NCBI GenBank assembly: GCA_037444445.1 | Contig: JBBIMK010000009.1 | Location: 6 to 64,005 of the forward strand | DNA from: a bacterium | Lineage (GTDB): Bacteria; UBP7; UBA6624; JBBIMK01 | Reading direction: 5' to 3' | DNA length: 64,000 nucleotides | Shown: positions 26,919 to 36,640 of the stretch, in pieces | Layout: each line of letters begins with the position of its first letter | Position numbering within the stretch: position 1 is the stretch's first letter | Program-made: the position numbers and the translations under genes | The notes under the pieces: generated by a model | What the model saw: the letters and a program-made list of their open reading frames with translations, nothing else | Databases searched by the model: none | Told to the model about the DNA's origin: nothing

Positions 26919-27717
26919 TTCCGGGGACGAAAACAATGACCCCTTTCAATGCGACTCCACCTGGAGGTGGCAGCCCCGCCGATACCTCCTTGCTGACCGG
27001 AACAGCGACCAGAGAATAGATTACCTGTATTCCGTGGATTTACATTTTTCGGGGGCGGCGCTTCCCTCTTCAGGAGCCCCCTCTATTCTCATCGTTGTCA
27101 AATCCCGGATGCCGGATGGGAATAGGCAGGATGATGATGGAGATGGGATGATAGATGAACCCTATGACCGTTCCTTCACCCGGCACATTCGGATTCCTGC
27201 CAGTGAGTGGGCATCCCAGCGGCTGGTGCTCACCGTTCCTATCTATTCCCTCGTCGCACAGGACCCACCGCCGCCGGACCAGTTAGGGAGAATTCGTGTA
27301 TCGGTCAAAGGGGTGAGCATCCAGCCTTCTTGCTGGGAATATTTCCCCCTTCATTACGGGCAGGATGTGGCGGTGCCGCCCCGGCAGGGCGTTGACCCCG
27401 CCACCCCCTGCCCTTCCCCTCCCACCCGGGCCATACACCTCGGGGGTCCCAACGACCGGCTGTATAAAATCCTCACCTTACCTGACGGCGGTTATCTGGC
27501 GGTGGGCGGCACCTACACAATGGCAGGTGGAACCCCACCAGATATGTGGGTTTTCCGGCTGGGAAGCGATGGCAATGTTGTGTGGGCGAAAGCCTATGGA
27601 GACCCCCATATGGGCAACATTTATTTTGGCAAACAGGATAGCGCAACGACTGCCGCAATTATCCTTCAGGTTCCCTACAGACTCCAGCAAGCCTCTATAA
27701 TAGCCAGAAGCCAATAG
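26827..27717 (+). CDS. Probable frameshifted continuation of the S8 peptidase (Ca-binding repeat / beta-rich C-terminal domains), or a separate overlapping ORF
   Basis: Frame +1 relative to the peptidase. The first stop-free codon is at 26827, right after an in-frame TGA at 26824. It overlaps the peptidase ORF by about 90 nt and has no signal peptide of its own. It carries the same kind of acidic Ca-loop motifs (NDSGDENND, ADRNSDQRIDYL). Confidence 0.4.
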   Translation, partial: WRRCGMPLPASFPPENQPVARQHYIENVGNDSGDENNDPFQCDSTWRWQPRRYLLADRNSDQRIDYLYSVDLHFSGAALPSSGAPSILIVVKSRMPDGNRQDDDGDGMIDEPYDRSFTRHIRIPASEWASQRLVLTVPIYSLVAQDPPPPDQLGRIRVSVKGVSIQPSCWEYFPLHYGQDVAVPPRQGVDPATPCPSPPTRAIHLGGPNDRLYKILTLPDGGYLAVGGTYTMAGGTPPDMWVFRLGSDGNVVWAKAYGDPHMGNIYFGKQDSATTAAIILQVPYRLQQASIIARSQ

Positions 27718-27845
27718 CGATTGGCGAATGGCAGATTCAGAAACAGTGAGATTTTGCAGGCAACACAAGAGTGCAAACCGTCTCTGCACGCCCCTGCCTG
27801 ATATTCGTTTGATTCGTTGAATCCTGCGACCTTTGCTCCGAGCGA

Positions 27846-28451
27846 TTAAGGGTAATACTTGACCCGAACCCCTGCGAGGTAAGTGTCCACTATCGTTTTG
27901 GTTTTCAGGCTATTCGTCCGATAAACATAATATAACTGGTCTTTGATGTAAGGTTTAATACGCTCAAAAGTGAGTTCCGACGGCTTTAATCCGTAGGTCT
28001 TCATCAGAGTTTGGTTCCATACCTCTTTATTTTCCTCATAATATCTGCGAACCTCCTCATCCGTGGGCTCCAGCAGGGAACGAAAGAGAGCGTCTTTGAG
28101 CAATTGATTCCGGATATACTGGCGATAATCTTCGTCCGTTAAACCCCTTTCTTTCAGCCATTGCTGGTAGTGCTGGAGGTTCTGGAAGCGTTCCGAGATG
28201 TCTCGCGACAGGGCTTTATCCACCGTGGAATCCGAAACGCTGAAGCCCCGGGCGACCGCGGCGCGAACCAGGACAAAATCCTGCACATATTCGTCCAGAA
28301 ACCGCTGGAATGATGGGTCCTTTACCAGGTCCTCGGTTAGTATAGGAACCTCGTTAATCCACAGTATTGGACGGGCAGTGGGCCCACGGCACGAACCCCA
28401 TAAAACAAAAAAGGCTATGACCCCCAGCGGTTTCAAAACCCTCATTTTCAT
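27846..28451 (-). CDS. Periplasmic SurA-N-terminal-domain-like chaperone (no PPIase domain)
   Basis: Signal peptide, then a helical region resembling the SurA/PpiD N-terminal chaperone domain. Overlaps the upstream stop by 4 nt. Confidence 0.5.
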   Translation of the reverse strand: MKMRVLKPLGVIAFFVLWGSCRGPTARPILWINEVPILTEDLVKDPSFQRFLDEYVQDFVLVRAAVARGFSVSDSTVDKALSRDISERFQNLQHYQQWLKERGLTDEDYRQYIRNQLLKDALFRSLLEPTDEEVRRYYEENKEVWNQTLMKTYGLKPSELTFERIKPYIKDQLYYVYRTNSLKTKTIVDTYLAGVRVKYYP

Positions 28452-31279
28452 TTCTCCTCTCCCTCCTTAGAAATCGGGATAACCCCGGCATCCAGCCAGG
28501 GACTCCAGAAAAGTAAAAGACTGCCCCGCTCCATTGATGTCCCGCGATATGAAATTCTCATTCTTCTTTCCCCTTTTACTTCCTCCAGCCAGAGCACCAC
28601 CTCATTTCTCCCAATTTCCATGCCCTCCTCCGGGGTAAGACCTGTAATTCCATAAAATTCTACTCCTGTTGCATGGCGGATGTGAACACATAGAAAAGGG
28701 AGTGGCGCTCTTGGAACGAGGGAAAGGAAAAGAGAAGAGCCATTCACATCTGATTGAAATTCCGTTCTGACCTCCAGCAAAGAAGGAGAAAGGGAAGTGC
28801 AGGAGGCTGAGGTAGGCTTGCCCAGATGTCTATCGCGAAGGGCTTCCTCAGGAAACAGAGTGCACCGCACAGGAGGCTTTCCCTCTATCACGGGCTGAAC
28901 CACAGAGCGGAGATAATCACTCATAGGGAAATTCGCAGGAAGCAGTGGAAGAGGAGAAATTTCAGAGGCTTTCTTCAGGAGAAAATGGAATGGGAAAGCC
29001 GATGGAAGAATAGAGAAAGTTTTCATTCCAGGGGGTCGCAGAAGAGAAAAAACAGCGGTGGCAAACGGACTGTAAGCGGTAGGTTCTTCCGGCAGGAAGG
29101 CACCGGCTTTCGCTACCACGCCCTCATCCACTGCCTGCCCTTTCTCCTGCAGCGCTCTTAAAGCCAGTAGCGCCCATGCGGTGGCCTCTACATTTCCCTT
29201 CTTCATCGTTCGCAAAAAATGAAACCCCCCGTCCGACTGTTGAAACCGATAAAGCCAGCGGAGCAGGATAGAGTCGGAAAATTCCCTATCCGGGAGGAAG
29301 GAACGGGTGAGCAAATTCAGAAACGAAAAATCTTCAGAGCCTGCAGAAGCCGTAGAGACTTCCGCAATAGATTGAGAAAACAGGAGCGGTTTCCCTTCCA
29401 CTGAAAAGGCCCGGATGGTAATCGGCCAGGATGGGTCAACAGAATTCATCGGGAGAACCCTCTGGAATGAGGTTCTTTCGCCCTTCCGCAGGTCCACCCG
29501 CACCGGCACATCGCTACGAACCACCAGAGTGGGGTCTGAAACTGTGGAGGGTAAAAAATCCGCCTCCAGCCTTTTCTCCTGAGTATCAGCGATGGAAGAT
29601 AGGCGAACCTGAGTATAAATGCCCTCAGGAACCTGTAAAATTCGCGATGTGAATGCGTAAGAACCCCCCGCAGGCTCAATCAGGCTCAACCGATAATAGC
29701 CCGGCGAAGGTGGTAGCGAGATCCGTGTTTTCTCATCACCTGAAATCGGCTGAAGCAAAAATGCTGATGACAGTCCAGAGGATGAAAAGACAAAGGTGGA
29801 GTGCTTTTCCACTCTCAGGGTGGAAAGAGGAAGGGGAGGTGGAGTTCCCCCAAGGAACTCCGTCAGGCGGAAGGAAGGAGGAGTCAGTAAAAGCCATCCC
29901 TCTTCTACCTCCGGATGCTGAACCGTTAGCAGGGCTCCACCCAGAAGCACCTCCTCGGTCTGATAAGTCAAAGTCGGTGGCGGAATATTCGCCACCGGCA
30001 CGAAGGTCTGTTGAACCTGCAATCGGCCAGATTCCACCCATTCCTCACTCATCCAGAAGCCCGGTGCATAGGCTTCCGCAAGGGGCAGACGAACCTCCTG
30101 CCCCGGCTTGAAAATGCGAATGCCATCAGGCAAATAAAAATAAATCGTCTTGAAATCTGAAGGAGGCAAACTGTAAACCCCTCCGCTATTCAGGGAAGAA
30201 TCTTCCTCTCCGGTGAACTTCCAGAAATACTCCTCTCCATCTCCTTCAAGCCAGACAAAAGAATAGGGGCTGGATACAGTGGATAAGGGGGGTGCAAGAG
30301 TTATTTTCCCCGAAGTCCGGGAGTCAAAAATTCGGGTGGACGAAATCCATTCCTTTTCTCCATCTTTTATTCCATACACCGCAACCTGAAAAGGCCGGGG
30401 TGCACGGGGAAAGTAACTCAATCCCTCGCCGTCCGAGGTTAACGGTGGAAGTAGAAGAAATCGGGAGGGCTGGATGATTTCCACCCTGTAAGGCTCCCTC
30501 CCATACCCCTCCAGTTGCACTTCAATTTCTTCATCAAAAGGCTGGGGAAGGTGAAAAAACTGGAGTAAGGAAGAAACGGGAGAAAAGTAGAACAATCTCC
30601 GGGAAGAATCAAAAATCCTGAAAGAGCGGTGCTCTCCACCCCGCAGGAGTAAAGAAACTGCCCTCTCATCAACGGTATAGACCCCATCCGGAGAAACGCC
30701 CTCAGGAGCCGATGGAATTTCTATCGGAAGTTCATCTATGTCTTGCCCTTTCTGAACCCTGAGGATAGAGCCTGCGGGAACCATATCCAGTGAAACTTTT
30801 CCGCCTCCATCCGTTAGCCCGAATAGAAGTTTTTCCTGCTGGAAGAAGAGAGAAAAGGACACACTTCCCACCGGTTTTCCTGTTCTTCGCTCCACCACTT
30901 CCAGATAGAAATATCGCCCTGTTGGGTGGAGTATCATAGATAGGGAAGTAATCAAAAATGTCCGAACCGCTTCGCAGGCGCCGGATTGGAAAATTGTGCG
31001 ATAATATCCTCGTTCCAGGGGCTTCTTCAGCGGTCCCGGGAAGGGCCCGGAATAGAGAGACTCAAATCCTCCCTCATCCTCCAGAAATTCTCCCTCCCAT
31101 TTTTCTACTTGAATCGTGAACGGTGGAGGGCAGGGAGGTTCACCCAGGGAAATCGTTTCACCGGGTGAAAAACGCCAGAGAGATGAAGCAGGGGTGGAAA
31201 CAGAAGCCACAGAACCTGCCATTAGAACCGCTAACCACCAGAGTGGAATTCGTGAAATTGAAAATGGGAGGGGTGTCAA
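28448..31279 (-). CDS. Large secreted alpha-2-macroglobulin-like / prenyltransferase-squalene-oxidase-repeat (alpha/alpha-toroid) protein
   Basis: 943 aa with a signal peptide. N-terminal beta-rich modules. C-terminal region has the QxxDGGF repeat (LLRWLYRFQQSDGGFHFLRTMKKGNVEATAWALLALRA) characteristic of the A2M thioester domain and of terpenoid-cyclase-like toroids. No CxEQ thioester motif was found. Confidence 0.45.
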   Translation of the reverse strand: MTPLPFSISRIPLWWLAVLMAGSVASVSTPASSLWRFSPGETISLGEPPCPPPFTIQVEKWEGEFLEDEGGFESLYSGPFPGPLKKPLERGYYRTIFQSGACEAVRTFLITSLSMILHPTGRYFYLEVVERRTGKPVGSVSFSLFFQQEKLLFGLTDGGGKVSLDMVPAGSILRVQKGQDIDELPIEIPSAPEGVSPDGVYTVDERAVSLLLRGGEHRSFRIFDSSRRLFYFSPVSSLLQFFHLPQPFDEEIEVQLEGYGREPYRVEIIQPSRFLLLPPLTSDGEGLSYFPRAPRPFQVAVYGIKDGEKEWISSTRIFDSRTSGKITLAPPLSTVSSPYSFVWLEGDGEEYFWKFTGEEDSSLNSGGVYSLPPSDFKTIYFYLPDGIRIFKPGQEVRLPLAEAYAPGFWMSEEWVESGRLQVQQTFVPVANIPPPTLTYQTEEVLLGGALLTVQHPEVEEGWLLLTPPSFRLTEFLGGTPPPLPLSTLRVEKHSTFVFSSSGLSSAFLLQPISGDEKTRISLPPSPGYYRLSLIEPAGGSYAFTSRILQVPEGIYTQVRLSSIADTQEKRLEADFLPSTVSDPTLVVRSDVPVRVDLRKGERTSFQRVLPMNSVDPSWPITIRAFSVEGKPLLFSQSIAEVSTASAGSEDFSFLNLLTRSFLPDREFSDSILLRWLYRFQQSDGGFHFLRTMKKGNVEATAWALLALRALQEKGQAVDEGVVAKAGAFLPEEPTAYSPFATAVFSLLRPPGMKTFSILPSAFPFHFLLKKASEISPLPLLPANFPMSDYLRSVVQPVIEGKPPVRCTLFPEEALRDRHLGKPTSASCTSLSPSLLEVRTEFQSDVNGSSLFLSLVPRAPLPFLCVHIRHATGVEFYGITGLTPEEGMEIGRNEVVLWLEEVKGERRMRISYRGTSMERGSLLLFWSPWLDAGVIPISKEGEEK

Positions 31280-32457
31280 ATACTCCCGACCATGGCATCA
31301 TCCGGCCGGTCAAACGGATAGACTTCAATTTCCGTCTTTTTCGCTTCCCGCAGAACCTGAAGTTTTAACTTATCATCCGGTCCTAACTGTCGGATGTTCA
31401 GCGCCAGGTCTCGTGGACTTTTATACAGGATTTCCTCGGTCACCAATTGGCCAGCGGGGGATTGGCGCGTGAACTTGGCGCCCAGGATAATGTCACCCAC
31501 CCGAAGCCCACGCTTGGCCGCAGGTCCTTTGAGATCCACAGTATCCACGATAATTCCTGCATCCTTCTCTATCCATTCTTCAGGCATACCGGCGAAAATC
31601 CGAAGGAGTTTCGTGGTGGGTGAAGCGATGACCCCAAACCAGGGGTGATAGATTTTCCGTCCCGCAATTAAATCAAAAGCATACTGCCGAAGGTCATTGG
31701 AAGGGAATACAATGTTCAAATTCTGCACTTCCCGCACCAGTTCTGTGGGAATGATAGTGGATTGCTCCACTGCCAGGGCATTGATGCCCAGCACCTCACC
31801 TCGCATATTCGCCAGCGGTCCTCCCAGATTGTATAGGTAAAAGCGAGCATCCGTCTGAATCACCTTCGGAACGAAGTAATCCCAGTTCATGTAGTAATCC
31901 CGAACGGAACTAATGACACCCACGGATGCGGCTACCGTTTCCCCCAGCGGATATCCGAGAGCCAGCACGGTTTCTCCCGCTTGAACTGCGGAGGAATCTC
32001 CGAAGGTAACAGCGGGGAAAGGACCCGGGCCCAGAATCTGGATGATGGCGAGGTTATTCCAGCGGTCATAATTCGCCAGACGGGCGGGCAGAATCCGCCC
32101 GTCGTGGAGGCGAACCTGCATTTCCTTCGCCCCCTTCACCTGTGTATACAGCGTAACCGCATACCCCTCGGGTGATACGATGAATCCTGAAGTTCCACCC
32201 TGGGCTATCAGACGCTGGAAGGAGCGACGAAACACGGGCGACTGATATAATGTCGTCACCACTTCCACAGACACCACCGCCGGCGCTACCTTCTCCACTG
32301 CTTCCACGAAGGCAAAACTTCCAGGGTCAAACACATAGGTGGGAGTCATTGCAGAGCAAAAAAGCAACAGGCTTACTCCCACCACCCAGAAGATGGAACT
32401 CTTCTTCCCCCGGCTATCCATCTTTTCACCCCTTTCCCGCCATTGGCTCCCAGCCAT
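31276..32457 (-). CDS. HtrA/DegP-family pseudo-protease with PDZ domain (catalytic triad replaced)
   Basis: Trypsin-fold + PDZ architecture. The His box reads VTLYTQV (no His). The Asp box reads NNLAIIQI (Asp to Asn). The Ser box reads YNLGGPL instead of GNSGGPL (Ser to Leu). Confidence 0.7.
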   Translation of the reverse strand: MAGSQWRERGEKMDSRGKKSSIFWVVGVSLLLFCSAMTPTYVFDPGSFAFVEAVEKVAPAVVSVEVVTTLYQSPVFRRSFQRLIAQGGTSGFIVSPEGYAVTLYTQVKGAKEMQVRLHDGRILPARLANYDRWNNLAIIQILGPGPFPAVTFGDSSAVQAGETVLALGYPLGETVAASVGVISSVRDYYMNWDYFVPKVIQTDARFYLYNLGGPLANMRGEVLGINALAVEQSTIIPTELVREVQNLNIVFPSNDLRQYAFDLIAGRKIYHPWFGVIASPTTKLLRIFAGMPEEWIEKDAGIIVDTVDLKGPAAKRGLRVGDIILGAKFTRQSPAGQLVTEEILYKSPRDLALNIRQLGPDDKLKLQVLREAKKTEIEVYPFDRPDDAMVGSI

Positions 32458-32466
32458 TTCTTTGCC

Positions 32467-33669
32467 TCAAACGGTTCCCCCGGCGCCCGCAGGGGGCTGG
32501 GGCTGCTCTTCTATCCGCAAAGTCACCAGTCGGAACACACCGCCCCGCCGAATGAAAAATTCCACCGAGTCCCCCACTGACATACTCCGAATCATCTTCC
32601 GAAGTTCAAAGGCATCTTTGTATACTTTCCCGTTAACGGAGTAAATCACATCCCCGGCGGCAAGCCCCGCCTGCTCCGCCGGCGAGCCCGGAAAAACCCC
32701 CTTGATTTTTACCGGATATTTCATTCCCTTGTAAAATTCATCTAATCTCAGAATCTCTTCCTTGATATAACGCTGAATATCCTGCTGTGGATTAAACCCC
32801 TGCTCTACACCGGGCCAGCCACCGATATAAGTAGGATTCCTCTCCTGAGGGGTCCAGAAGATGAAGAGCCCTGCCCACGGGTAAATCACCCGCCCGTATT
32901 TTAAGATGTCTTCCGCACTCTTCTTCGCATCGTTGATGGGGTAGAAAAGATTTTGTGCCTCCATCGCACTGGAACCCCAGGAGTTAATCCCAATCTGCTC
33001 GCCCCGGGCATTAAAAGTGGCTCCCCCGCTGTTACCGGCATTGATGGTGGCCGTGGATTGAATTATCCAGGTGAGTTCCTTACCATAGTCCGGATTATTG
33101 AAAACATCCTCCGCACTCATCAGCGGAAATGGATATTCAAAATCCTTCACAATACCCACCGTTACAGTGTTCACCAGCTGGAACTCTTTGAGCCGGAATC
33201 CCGGGTTGAATTGCTCAATCATAAATCCTAAGGAGGCATCGCCGGGAGAGCCAATGGCGAAAACCAGGTCATTTTTCTGAATCTTCTCAGAATCCGCCAG
33301 GTCTACATACGGGAAGACTCTGGGTTCCGGGGTGATGATTTTCACCAGGCCGAAATCCACCTTCACATTAGTGCCCACCACTTTCCCGGGAAGCACCTCC
33401 CCATTATCCAGAGTAATATCTACGAGTTTAGCGGAGGTGACCACATGCCAGTTGGTGTAGATATAGCCATCCGGCGAGACGATGGAGCCGCTTCCTCCAC
33501 CCCCCCCTGCTCCACCGGGGCTCCGATGTAACACCCGAACCATGGCAGGCTTCACTTTCGCCACCACCGGCGTCAGGTCCATCGTCGCTATCCCTTCCGC
33601 TCCCTGCTCCTCCGTTGCTTCCAGCGACAGCACCATAAAAGAAAGCAAAAGGATAGAAAGTTTTTTCAT
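32467..33669 (-). CDS. htrA: HtrA/DegP-family serine endoprotease with PDZ domain (catalytically intact)
   Basis: Signal peptide MKKLSILLLSF. His box YTNWHVV, Asp box VDFGLVKI, Ser box GNSGGATF, C-terminal PDZ. The ATG at 33669 overlaps the upstream stop (ATGA). Confidence 0.8.
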   Translation of the reverse strand: MKKLSILLLSFMVLSLEATEEQGAEGIATMDLTPVVAKVKPAMVRVLHRSPGGAGGGGGSGSIVSPDGYIYTNWHVVTSAKLVDITLDNGEVLPGKVVGTNVKVDFGLVKIITPEPRVFPYVDLADSEKIQKNDLVFAIGSPGDASLGFMIEQFNPGFRLKEFQLVNTVTVGIVKDFEYPFPLMSAEDVFNNPDYGKELTWIIQSTATINAGNSGGATFNARGEQIGINSWGSSAMEAQNLFYPINDAKKSAEDILKYGRVIYPWAGLFIFWTPQERNPTYIGGWPGVEQGFNPQQDIQRYIKEEILRLDEFYKGMKYPVKIKGVFPGSPAEQAGLAAGDVIYSVNGKVYKDAFELRKMIRSMSVGDSVEFFIRRGGVFRLVTLRIEEQPQPPAGAGGTV

Positions 33670-34706
33670 CTTTTCATCCCTCCTTTCCACTCGGCGATGG
33701 TCACATCTCGCTCAAGGATGCGGCCATCCCGCCAGATTTTCACTGAAAAAGTATCCCCGATATTCAACTGATTCACAGGAATCCAGAAGTCCTGAGGCAG
33801 GGTAAGAGATTTCCCCCCCAGTTCCAGCAGGAAATCGTTGGCACGAATCCCCGCTTTATCGGCTGGACTCCCCTCATCTACGAAAGTAACAAATAGTCCA
33901 TAATCATACGGGTATCCGTAGCGGGTTCGCTGGGTGTCATCCACCACCAGCAAAGATACCCCGGTCCAGGGGCGGGCGAATCGCCCCTTCTCCACTATCT
34001 CCTTCACCACTCTCCGCACCGTATTCACCGGAATGGCAAAGTGCAAGTATAATTCCTTATATTGCTGACGCAGGAAAGTAAGAACCCCCACCACTTCTCC
34101 TCGGAAATTCAAAAGAGGTCCCCCCTGCATTCCGTAGGAAATAGGGGCATCCGTTTGAATAAAGGTAGTCACTCCACCTTCCGCCCAGGGTCCCGCGGTG
34201 GGCAGTGCAGAAAGTATCCCGAAAGAAGGTGTGAACAGCCCATTTGAACTCACACCGACGGCAATCAGAGGCTCACCCACTCTCGGTGATTCGTTCTCGG
34301 GCAGGAAAGGAACCGCGGTCAGTTTCTCCGCCCGGATGCGAACCACTGCCACATCCGTCGGCTCATCCATTCCCAACAGCACCCCCTCATAACTTTTCCC
34401 ATCTGAAAGAATCACCTGGATATAACGGGCATACTTCAAGGTTTGAGCCGTCGTGAGTATATATCCCTTTTTGTCATCAAAAATGAATCCAGAGCCTACT
34501 TCCGTAAGGGTTGCGTCACCCAGAATCCCTCGCTTACGCTCTAAAAAACGAACCTTCACCTGCACCAGAGCCGGTAACACTCCGTTGGAAATATCATTCA
34601 TCCGCTGGGCATAAGGATGTATTTCCCGGGGCACGGTGGTGCCGAAAAGGAACACCATACAGACCCCCCCCACCAGTCCAGCCATTTTCAGCCTGAGTCC
34701 TTTCAC
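33666..34706 (-). CDS. HtrA/DegP-family pseudo-protease with PDZ domain (His and Ser replaced)
   Basis: The His box reads LTTAQTL (His to Gln). The Asp box PTDVAVVRI is retained. The Ser box reads GMQGGPL (Ser to Gln). Signal peptide and PDZ domain are present. Confidence 0.7.
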   Translation of the reverse strand: MKGLRLKMAGLVGGVCMVFLFGTTVPREIHPYAQRMNDISNGVLPALVQVKVRFLERKRGILGDATLTEVGSGFIFDDKKGYILTTAQTLKYARYIQVILSDGKSYEGVLLGMDEPTDVAVVRIRAEKLTAVPFLPENESPRVGEPLIAVGVSSNGLFTPSFGILSALPTAGPWAEGGVTTFIQTDAPISYGMQGGPLLNFRGEVVGVLTFLRQQYKELYLHFAIPVNTVRRVVKEIVEKGRFARPWTGVSLLVVDDTQRTRYGYPYDYGLFVTFVDEGSPADKAGIRANDFLLELGGKSLTLPQDFWIPVNQLNIGDTFSVKIWRDGRILERDVTIAEWKGGMKR

Positions 34707-34719
34707 CGCATTCCTCCTC

Positions 34720-35091
34720 TCATTCCAGTAATCCTGTAACTTCCTGTTTTCCGGAGACCTTCAAATTATTGATCACATCCCTCACCTTCTCCACACCTCG
34801 GGCAAGGGCCTCTGCTTTTTTCTTCTGCTCCTCCGTTTCCAGCTCCCCATCCAGGATGACCACCCGATTCTTCACCGTAATTTTCACATTTTTCAACTGA
34901 AGGGCAATATAGGGGTCAGAAGCGAGGCTCTCCAGCACAGTGGTCTGGATGGCCATATCAATGCTTTCCACCGCCATATGCTGGGGCGCCAGAGAAGTTC
35001 TCTCCCGCATCGTCCTCCCCTTCCCCTCACACGCCACTCCCATTCCTATCGCCAGCACCAGCGCCACAAGTACACTCCCTCTCATCGCCAT
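34720..35091 (-). CDS. BON-domain (OsmY-like) periplasmic protein
   Basis: 123 aa with a signal/lipobox-like N-terminus. BON-domain pattern: LKNVKITVKNRVVILDGELETEEQKKKAEALARGVEKVRDVINNLKV. Confidence 0.7.
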   Translation of the reverse strand: MAMRGSVLVALVLAIGMGVACEGKGRTMRERTSLAPQHMAVESIDMAIQTTVLESLASDPYIALQLKNVKITVKNRVVILDGELETEEQKKKAEALARGVEKVRDVINNLKVSGKQEVTGLLE

Positions 35092-35151
35092 TGTTCATTT
35101 TACCACATCTTTTCTAAAAACTGCAAGTCAACTGCTCCTTCTCCGACTCCA

Positions 35152-36492
35152 TCAGACGGAAAGCCCCCGCAAAAGGCTTCGGTCAGGGGTAAACGCCGAG
35201 GCCGCCTGGGCTGCATAATTCTGCACCAGGTAATATCCCACCCCTCCCACCACCAGCGCAATGAACACCACAGAAATCAGCAAGGCTCCCACGGCATTCC
35301 CCCGTCGCATATGCCCGAATTCCGCCAGGGCCACGATGGTCAAATACAGCCCCCACAGAAATAGAATTCCTGCAAGCCCATACAGGACAGCGGAGCCCGA
35401 AAGAAATGCCATGTCCCCCGCATATCCAGAGAGAAAAAAAGGCACAAACAGGAAGGATGACCCCTTCCAGACCCAGGGAAAGGTGGTATATTGTCGGAGT
35501 ATCACCAGAGCGAGGAAGAAACTCACGGAGTAGACCAGCCAGAGAGCCAGAACAAGGAAAGGAATGAGGTAAGGCCCATAAGTGAGCATTTGCTCATACG
35601 GCTGGAGAGCACGGCGCCGAACATCATACAGAAGCGCCTGCCTCATATCCTCATCCTTCGTCATCTGGTTAATGGCTGACACAGATTGTATCTGAGCCTG
35701 AGTCATAACCATCTGGTCAAAGTTTGCCATCAAATTGTCCGCATTTTGAAACATTCTTGCCGAGGTCAGAGAGCCCGTAAGCAGGACGATAAACAGGGGG
35801 TAAAGGAAAGTGGCTCCTCGGGCGGTGTCCCGGAAAACATCCCCGGGTGCTACCACCAGCCGATAAAGGTCCACCCAGAAATCTTTCCACAAAAAAATCA
35901 AAATAATCAACGCCAGAAGAACCATAGAGAAAGCACCCATATTCCGTCCCGTGACCGTCCAGAATGGGGTTGCCCAGACCAAACGGTAGTTCCCGGTGAA
36001 TTTCAGCGTCCGAAAAATTTGGTCCACTCCTTTAACATCGGATGAGAACTCTGCCGCCGGCGCCTCATACCGGAAGAGATAATCCTTCAGAACCGTTGGA
36101 ATCGCTGCCACATATATCCGCACTGAAGCGCTCTCCTTCCGAGCCTCCAGGATTTTCACATACTGCCCATCCACCCGTAAAAGCCCTGCATCCGAAACCT
36201 TGAACCCCTCCTTTTCCAGTCCTTCCCGGAGAGCCTTCACTTTCCGGTCCGTTGCCTCCACAGGCCGGTCCAGGAGCTCTTCCTCGGTGGTAATGGTCAA
36301 AGTGGCTTTTCCAGAGAATTTCAGCACGAGAGTTCCCTTCTCCTCGGTAACGGAGAGGGAGGAAGGGTGACGAAAAAAAAGCCCCCATTCTGTGTTGTAA
36401 TAAGGGGTCGTGCCAAAATTCTGCAATACCGTGCACCCGGACAGCACTCCCACAAAAGATAACAAAATCCAACCTCTCCTCTTCGCCATCAC
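35152..36492 (-). CDS. Lipoprotein with periplasmic domain and C-terminal multi-TM (Yip1-like) domain, function unknown
   Basis: Lipobox LSGC, then about 180 aa that are predicted soluble, then 5 or more hydrophobic helices. Confidence 0.45.
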   Translation of the reverse strand: MMAKRRGWILLSFVGVLSGCTVLQNFGTTPYYNTEWGLFFRHPSSLSVTEEKGTLVLKFSGKATLTITTEEELLDRPVEATDRKVKALREGLEKEGFKVSDAGLLRVDGQYVKILEARKESASVRIYVAAIPTVLKDYLFRYEAPAAEFSSDVKGVDQIFRTLKFTGNYRLVWATPFWTVTGRNMGAFSMVLLALIILIFLWKDFWVDLYRLVVAPGDVFRDTARGATFLYPLFIVLLTGSLTSARMFQNADNLMANFDQMVMTQAQIQSVSAINQMTKDEDMRQALLYDVRRRALQPYEQMLTYGPYLIPFLVLALWLVYSVSFFLALVILRQYTTFPWVWKGSSFLFVPFFLSGYAGDMAFLSGSAVLYGLAGILFLWGLYLTIVALAEFGHMRRGNAVGALLISVVFIALVVGGVGYYLVQNYAAQAASAFTPDRSLLRGLSV

Positions 36493-36640
36493 TGATGAAA
36501 GTGTATGACGAAATCACAAAAAAATCAAGGGATTCCTGATTTCCACCTCAGAGGATGTTACAGGATGCCAGTGTGGAGCCTTTCCCCTCTTGGCGGGGCG
36601 GAGATAGAATCCCCCCTGAATGTATCACCGAGGAATGCGG

